From: Bacteroides sp.
GTDB taxonomy: Bacteria > Bacteroidota > Bacteroidia > Bacteroidales > Bacteroidaceae
Direction of reading: 5' to 3'
Assembly: GCA_017466635.1 (NCBI GenBank)
Contig: JAFTTU010000050.1
Location: 8,690-72,689 of the forward strand
DNA length: 64,000 nt
Shown: positions 58,260 to 64,000 of the stretch, one piece after another
Numbering within the stretch: the stretch's first letter is position 1
Layout of the letters: each line of letters starts with the position of its first letter
The notes under the pieces: generated by a model
What the model was told of the DNA's origin: nothing
The model's input: only the letters and a program-made list of their open reading frames with translations
Databases searched by the model: none
Translations under genes and position numbers: made by a program

Positions 58260-58394
58260 TTATTCGATAATTTCTGTATTCGGCATTTCCAAGGCATTTT
58301 CATCCTCGTCTATCAAGATAGCCCAAAAGAGCCACCAAAGTAATAATGCAGCCAAAACGACCGCCGCTACTCTTGTCCATGTCTTTTGTTTCAT
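58260..58394 (-). CDS. Small single-TM protein, 44 aa (not in the ORF track)
   Basis: Hand translation MKQKTWTRVAAVVLAALLLWWLFWAILIDEDENALEMPNTEIIE. Confidence 0.55.
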   Translation of the reverse strand: MKQKTWTRVAAVVLAALLLWWLFWAILIDEDENALEMPNTEIIE

Positions 58395-58511
58395 ACGTTT
58401 TCTGTTTTAGGATTATATTACAAGAAACCATTTTTAACAAGGATTGTTCACCGGATGTTTGGTTTGCCCATAAATAACCTTTACTTTTGTCGCACTAAAA
58501 AGACTTGCTTT

Positions 58512-59594
58512 ATGAAAATGATGTTTATGTCCATGATAGCCGCCTATCTTTGCGGCAATGTCTATATCTTCGTTCGTGCCTTGCAAACGCTTTCCAACCT
58601 CTCATTGGGATGGAAACTCGTGTTCTCCCTTTGCTACTGGATAGCGGCACTTGCTTTGGTGTTCACCTTCTTTGTGCGGAATGTTGAATTGCCTGAATCC
58701 CTTTCGCAAGGGCTATTCTCGATTGGCTCCGTATGGCTGGTATTCACCCTCTACATGGTATTGACATTGCTGGTGACGGACATTGCCAAGCTTTTCATCC
58801 CTGCACTGAAGCCGTATGGATTCATGGCTTCCCTGGGATTCACCGTCTGCCTCCTGACCTACGGCTACTTCAACTACAAGCATCCGGACATCAACCGTAT
58901 CGACATCACTCTTGACAAACCTCTGCAAGGAAAGCCAATGAAGGTCGTAGCCATCAGCGATGTACATTTGGGCAACGGTACCCGTAAGCCTCAACTGAAG
59001 AAATTCGTGGAAATGATTAACGCCGAGAATCCGGACTTGATTGTGATTGGTGGCGATTTGATAGACAATAGCCTGCTTCCTCTCTATCAACAGAAGATGC
59101 AGGAAGAACTGAACCAACTGAAAGCGCCGATGGGTATTTACTTAGCACCCGGCAATCACGAATACATCAGTGGCATGGAAGAATGTGAACGATTCCTGAA
59201 GGACACTCCCATCCGTTTGCTACGTGATACCATCGTGACCTTGCCTAATGGACTTCAACTCATCGGAAGGGATGACCGTTCGAACCGTCGACGTACTCCC
59301 ATTGCCGATTTGATGAAAAAGACCGATGCCTCCAAACCCACTCTCCTTCTCGACCACCAGCCTTATGAAGTGGCAAAGAAGGATAGCCTCGGCATCGACA
59401 TCCAGTTCAGTGGACATACCCACCGAGGACAGGTATGGCCACTCAGCCTGTTGGTAGACAACATGTACGAGCAGAGCCACGGCTATCGCCAATGGTCACA
59501 CTCGCATGTCTATGTATCGAGCGGTCTCTCCTTGTGGGGACCTCCTTTCCGCATCGGTACGGACAGCGATATGTTGGTGATGACTATTCGTTGA
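58512..59594 (+). CDS. Membrane-anchored metallophosphoesterase (YkuE-like)
   Basis: Four N-terminal TMs; SDVHLG, GDLID, GNHE, HQP, SGHTH. Confidence 0.9.
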   Translation: MKMMFMSMIAAYLCGNVYIFVRALQTLSNLSLGWKLVFSLCYWIAALALVFTFFVRNVELPESLSQGLFSIGSVWLVFTLYMVLTLLVTDIAKLFIPALKPYGFMASLGFTVCLLTYGYFNYKHPDINRIDITLDKPLQGKPMKVVAISDVHLGNGTRKPQLKKFVEMINAENPDLIVIGGDLIDNSLLPLYQQKMQEELNQLKAPMGIYLAPGNHEYISGMEECERFLKDTPIRLLRDTIVTLPNGLQLIGRDDRSNRRRTPIADLMKKTDASKPTLLLDHQPYEVAKKDSLGIDIQFSGHTHRGQVWPLSLLVDNMYEQSHGYRQWSHSHVYVSSGLSLWGPPFRIGTDSDMLVMTIR

Positions 59595-62409
59595 TTAGAA
59601 TTTCCTGCAAGACAATTCCCGGATCCAAGAGATAAATCTTGAGTGTCTGTTTTCCTCGACAAGCAGACGGAATGGTCATGCTTCGTGAAGAATAGCCACG
59701 CAAGACATTCCATCTCCATTCGGCAGAAAAGTCATCGGTATGAATGGAAAAGATTTGAGGTGCTTCCTCTCCTAACTGAACCGCATAACGGGCTTCCCTA
59801 CCTTCGTACACATGAAGTGTGGGGAGTGTCCGAACCTCAATTGTCCGGTCACCTTCTTTCAAATCGATTTCGTATTCCACATACGGTGCCGAATCCGGTT
59901 CGAAGGAAGGCGTATCAAAAGGTTGCATCAACACACCGTCCGAATAACCCAATCCAGCTATTCGAGTCACATTTCCTTCCATGCCATCGAAAGCACTTCG
60001 ATAGCTATATGCCGGTATTCGTAAGCGAGGCTCTGCATCAAACGGTGGATAGACTCCCATGAATATCCTATCAATCCGTGCATCAGACTTCAAGTCAGAA
60101 ACCAACAACCGGTTCTTTCCTTTCTTCAGATGCAAGGTACCTACCTTACTCCACATCGGACCTACATACGGAGCATGCCATACATTATTAATAGGTGTAG
60201 CAGAAGCATCGAAACTATCTTTTCCCATCGTCACATGACAGAACACATTGTCAGCCGGAGCTTTGGAGAAATTACGGATGGGCGAAAGGGCTTCCATCCA
60301 CAAAGGGATTTCCGCTTCAACTTCACTTTCTATGATGACACCACCATCGGAAAGAGCCTCCTTGATTGAAAGGAAGCGAGCCTCAGGCATCTGCTTGATT
60401 TCTTCCAAAAGCGAAAGAGTACACATCGGAACTTCTATCTTCGTGGAACGATACCAATGATAAGGTTGCCAATTAAAGAACTCCGCCCATTTGCCTTGTA
60501 GGATTTCGTTGTTATAATGATGAGTCCATGCATTCAGTTCATCGAACATCCGCTTGACACATCCGGCATCCGCCAGCGCACCATCTTCATCACCTTGTGT
60601 GGCACGAGTCATGCTACGGCGAGCCAACAACTGATATTCATTCAACATAGCAGCCCCCCGAACCGGATAGCTCACCAATTCGAAATAAGCATCTTTCAAT
60701 GGAGCTGGTACTTGTCCGGCCAATGCCACTACCCGTTCCGCCAAATCACGCCATCGGGCTATACGTTCTGCAATCTGCTCTTCTGTATAGTTGATAAACC
60801 ATACATGCGAATCCTTTCCCGCTGCTTGAAGTTGATAATATGAAGTTTGGATATCGGCTATCTCCTGTGCCAACGAAGCACCGAAAGCCTTGGTCGCCCA
60901 ATAAGCAATGAAATCATGAGCCAGCTCAGGTTTCCATCGGTCAATGTCCCAAGCCAATTCCATAGCAAAGGAAAGTTCCTTCTCTGCCGGCTTGATATCA
61001 CCCACATTGAAGACCCAAATCTTCCTCGCACCAAAAGTATAGGCTTTGGTCAACTCGGTAGAAACGAAAGAAGGCGACAACGGGCTTAACCATATCCAAC
61101 TGGAAGGGTCACCATGATACGAAAGATGATAATAGATGCCTGCTCCCCCCTTTCGTTCACGTTCCTTCGGATTGGAGAGGTTGCGTGTATACCCATGCTT
61201 GTCGTCCGACCAAAGAAGTGTCACATCATCGGGTATCTGCAAACCATTGTGATAAGCGTCGAGTACTTCTTCGTAAGTACAGAGAATCTGAGGCACTTCC
61301 TCTACCGGCTTCCGGATATTCCGACGCAAGATGTCACGTTGGTCATCGATAGCTTTCTGCATCAGAGCCACCCGTTCTTCGGTCGTTCTTGCACCTTCCA
61401 TCGGATAATCGTGGATGCCACGAAGTCCCAAAGTATAGATATTTTCATACGCCCCATTCGTCTTGACACGTTCCTCCCAATAGTCTATCATCGTCTGTCG
61501 ATTGGTGATGTAGTTGAAATCGCCATACGTGCCGACATTCTTCCACTCATCCTCATTGTTACGCAACATCTGTTCACAATGAGAAGAACCCATCACAATG
61601 GCATAATCATCCGCCAAACGGGCATTCTCCGGATTGGAATTGAAAGCCTTGGTTCCATTGTGCATCGCAGGCCACAAATAGTTACCCTTCAAACGAAGCA
61701 AGAGTTCGAACACCTTCTGATATGTCTTCGGCCCTACCTTACCCGTCTCTTTTTCGAAAGTCTTTTCAGCCCACAGAGACCATCCACCGAACCGTTCGTC
61801 ATTGATAAAGATTCCTCGATATTGCACCGAAGGCTCGCCTTGATGAAAGCATCCCGGCTCTATATAAAGCGTATTCTTTCGGGATGGCGTGACATCTGCC
61901 CACCAATACCATGGGGATACACCGATAGCTTCGCTCAACGATGTCAATCCATAAGCCGTTCCCCTTCGGTCACTTCCCACAACAACCAACATCGGAGTAT
62001 GGTATTCCGGATGTTCACCCGTAGCAACCACGAACGATTCCCATTTCCCTTCAAGACCTTCAACAGGAATCAATAGTTCTTCTACCATCCTGTCGATAAG
62101 CCGATTCTTGCCCAACGTTCCGGCTACAAGTACTTCACCACGAGGGATTTCCTTCCAACTTCCAACCTTTACCAAAGATGGCTTTTGCCCCGTCACCCTT
62201 TCCACATCATCGGCCAACATCCCAGCCGAAATACTTACAACCGGATAGTCGTTACTATCTATACAAATGGTAGACACTCCTTCCGCTTTCACCAAAGGGA
62301 AATAACCATCCACAGGGTTTTCCGATACTTTCGGGAAGGAATCTTTTCTCTCTGCATACATGACCAAAGCAACGGCCAAGCACAACAAGCACACGAACAA
62401 TCTTTTCAT
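59584..62409 (-). CDS. Glycoside hydrolase family 115 protein
   Basis: GSDRRGTAYG, GVSPWYWWAD, PSVQYRGIFINDE, NYLWPAMH, GSSHCE, NVGDIKP, DPGIVL. Confidence 0.9.
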   Translation of the reverse strand: MKRLFVCLLCLAVALVMYAERKDSFPKVSENPVDGYFPLVKAEGVSTICIDSNDYPVVSISAGMLADDVERVTGQKPSLVKVGSWKEIPRGEVLVAGTLGKNRLIDRMVEELLIPVEGLEGKWESFVVATGEHPEYHTPMLVVVGSDRRGTAYGLTSLSEAIGVSPWYWWADVTPSRKNTLYIEPGCFHQGEPSVQYRGIFINDERFGGWSLWAEKTFEKETGKVGPKTYQKVFELLLRLKGNYLWPAMHNGTKAFNSNPENARLADDYAIVMGSSHCEQMLRNNEDEWKNVGTYGDFNYITNRQTMIDYWEERVKTNGAYENIYTLGLRGIHDYPMEGARTTEERVALMQKAIDDQRDILRRNIRKPVEEVPQILCTYEEVLDAYHNGLQIPDDVTLLWSDDKHGYTRNLSNPKERERKGGAGIYYHLSYHGDPSSWIWLSPLSPSFVSTELTKAYTFGARKIWVFNVGDIKPAEKELSFAMELAWDIDRWKPELAHDFIAYWATKAFGASLAQEIADIQTSYYQLQAAGKDSHVWFINYTEEQIAERIARWRDLAERVVALAGQVPAPLKDAYFELVSYPVRGAAMLNEYQLLARRSMTRATQGDEDGALADAGCVKRMFDELNAWTHHYNNEILQGKWAEFFNWQPYHWYRSTKIEVPMCTLSLLEEIKQMPEARFLSIKEALSDGGVIIESEVEAEIPLWMEALSPIRNFSKAPADNVFCHVTMGKDSFDASATPINNVWHAPYVGPMWSKVGTLHLKKGKNRLLVSDLKSDARIDRIFMGVYPPFDAEPRLRIPAYSYRSAFDGMEGNVTRIAGLGYSDGVLMQPFDTPSFEPDSAPYVEYEIDLKEGDRTIEVRTLPTLHVYEGREARYAVQLGEEAPQIFSIHTDDFSAEWRWNVLRGYSSRSMTIPSACRGKQTLKIYLLDPGIVLQEILINE

Positions 62410-62533
62410 ATTTATCAGCATTTAAGGGTATGTAAAGGTATGAAATAATTTTGGGAAAGACAATCTTCGGAAGATTATTATGCCATCCACCTTCATTATT
62501 CTTGATTTATTGTATCTTTGTCAAAGTATTCAC

Positions 62534-63085
62534 ATGAAAGAGCCATCATTACCCATGAGAAATATGAGAAGAACCACCCGCGAAATGGATGCCACCTTTG
62601 CACTGGAAGTGCTCGGCAAGGCACCCTATGTCACCATGAGCATGACACGTCCCAACGGAATGCCCTACGCCGTTCCTCTCTCGTTGGCACAAGCCGATGA
62701 ACAGACCTTCTATTTCCATTGTGCCAAAGAAGGAGAAAAGTTGGATTGCATAGCACTGAATCCCATCGTGTGCCTATCGGCCGTAAGTCGATGCAAACCT
62801 ACCATTGGTCCGAAAGACAATTCCTTCACGTTGGAGTTCCGCTCCGCCATCGCCATGGGACGTGCAGAAATCGTAGAAGATGAAACGGAAAAGGTTGAAG
62901 CTTTGCGGCTGATTTGTCAACGGTTCCTTCCTCATCACATGGAAGCTTTCGATGATGCTATCAAGCAAAGTCTTTCTCATACGGCCGTTGTCCGCATCAC
63001 CTTGACCGAACCACCGGTGGGAAAACGGAAAGAATATGATGAACATGGAGAAGAGAAATCCTCTTTAAATAAAAAAAGTCAGTAA
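62534..63085 (+). CDS. Pyridoxamine 5'-phosphate oxidase / NimA-like flavin-binding protein
   Basis: MRR, PYAVPLS, YFHCA.EG.KLD, S.IA.G. Confidence 0.85.
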   Translation: MKEPSLPMRNMRRTTREMDATFALEVLGKAPYVTMSMTRPNGMPYAVPLSLAQADEQTFYFHCAKEGEKLDCIALNPIVCLSAVSRCKPTIGPKDNSFTLEFRSAIAMGRAEIVEDETEKVEALRLICQRFLPHHMEAFDDAIKQSLSHTAVVRITLTEPPVGKRKEYDEHGEEKSSLNKKSQ

Positions 63086-63143
63086 TTCCTTTGTTCGTTG
63101 AAACAAAATAGATATATTTGCCGTTGAAACAAGAAAAAAGTCA

Positions 63144-63236
63144 ATGAAAGCAATGATGGTAAATACAAATTGGTGGCGCTCTTACTACTCCAACAGTCGT
63201 AAGGGAAGCAAGCCGTGTGTATTCATCCACCCATGA
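63144..63236 (+). CDS. trpL: Trp attenuator leader peptide
   Basis: MKAMMVNTNWWRSYYSNSRKGSKPCVFIHP, tandem Trp codons, after TATATTTG (63113-63120) and before the terminator and trpB. Confidence 0.75.
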   Translation: MKAMMVNTNWWRSYYSNSRKGSKPCVFIHP

Positions 63237-63271
63237 TATACCTTTAATATTATATAGAAAGGAAATGCAAG

Positions 63272-63303
63272 AAGGCCTGTCGTACTTACGACGGGCCTTT
63301 TTT
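63272..63303 (+). terminator. Attenuator terminator upstream of trpB
   Basis: aaggcctgtcgta / tacgacgggcctt stem plus T-run; gtcgtaag in the leader is complementary to cttacgac. Confidence 0.8.
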
Positions 63304-63341
63304 GTTTTACCCATTTATTAACCCTTTAATTATTATCAATC

Positions 63342-64000
63342 ATGAAAAAGTATCAAGTAAACCAGGAAGGTTATTACGGAGAATTTGGCGGTGCTTACAT
63401 CCCCGAAGTATTGAAACCGCGTATCGAAGAACTGCGGAACACTTATCTGCAAGTGCTGGAAGACGAAAGCTTCCAACGTAAGTTTCATCAGTTGCTCCGA
63501 GACTACGTAGGTCGTCCTTCACCTCTCTATCTGGCTCACCGATTGAGTGAAAAGTATGGTTGCAAGATTTATCTGAAACGTGAAGACTTGAATCATACCG
63601 GAGCACACAAAATCAACAATTCCATCGGACAAGCCTTACTGGCCAAACAGATGGGAAAGAAACACATCATTGCTGAGACAGGAGCCGGTCAGCACGGAGT
63701 GGCTACAGCTACCGTCTGTGCCCTGATGGATATGAAATGTACCATCTTCATGGGAAAAACGGACATGGAACGTCAACGGGTGAATGTGGAAAAGATGAAG
63801 ATGCTGGGAGCTGAAGTCGTTCCTGCCACATCAGGCACCATGACGTTGAACGATGCCGTAAACGAAGCCTTGCAATACTGGTGTTCTCATGCCGAAGAGG
63901 CTTACTATCTGATTGGTTCGGCGGTGGGGCCTCATCCTTATCCGGATATGGTAGCCCGACTCCAGTCCGTCATTAGCGAAGAAATCCGTAAACAGCTTAT
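63342..64000 (+). CDS. trpB: Tryptophan synthase beta chain; 3' end lies outside the window
   Basis: [49 protein letters not shown] (hand translated). Confidence 0.97.
   Translation, partial: MKKYQVNQEGYYGEFGGAYIPEVLKPRIEELRNTYLQVLEDESFQRKFHQLLRDYVGRPSPLYLAHRLSEKYGCKIYLKREDLNHTGAHKINNSIGQALLAKQMGKKHIIAETGAGQHGVATATVCALMDMKCTIFMGKTDMERQRVNVEKMKMLGAEVVPATSGTMTLNDAVNEALQYWCSHAEEAYYLIGSAVGPHPYPDMVARLQSVISEEIRKQL

Noticed and set aside
63340-63606. 88-aa minus-strand ORF
   Set aside because: Antisense to trpB, which the ORF track missed because it runs off the window end

Overview
Bacteroidales (Bacteroidaceae-like) chromosomal window, judged from TAnnTTTG promoter elements and housekeeping gene content. 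Both flanks are ordinary core genome. Left: S41 protease, cysteine synthase, rubredoxin, clpB, coaE-yajC-nusB, rplY-pth-hslR. Right: gcvT-pepT-purF, NCS2/porin/hpt, eno, xylE, S9 peptidase, Cu-ATPase, GH115, and trpB behind a WWR leader-peptide attenuator. Between hslR and gcvT lies a ~29.5 kb accessory region with no integrase. Its main feature is an apparently undescribed peptide system: seven intact double-glycine-leader precursor genes plus one remnant. The seven cores are divergent but share C-x8-C-x4-7-C-x-W-x4-6-C. They sit beside an NHLP-type C39-peptidase ABC exporter pair, two complementary membrane-fusion proteins, a tandem GNAT and a C39-like/VKOR/thioredoxin fusion, with no YcaO, Lan or radical-SAM enzyme in the window. 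The same region carries a partner-switching module (SBP, Cache-HAMP-PP2C, RsbW-like kinase, STAS), two amino-acid ABC ATPases each fused to a degenerate RsbW-like domain, a nucleotide-to-nucleobase scavenging set, a RelA/SpoT-domain protein and several inverted-repeat elements. Functions are assigned from motifs read by eye; no database searches were run.
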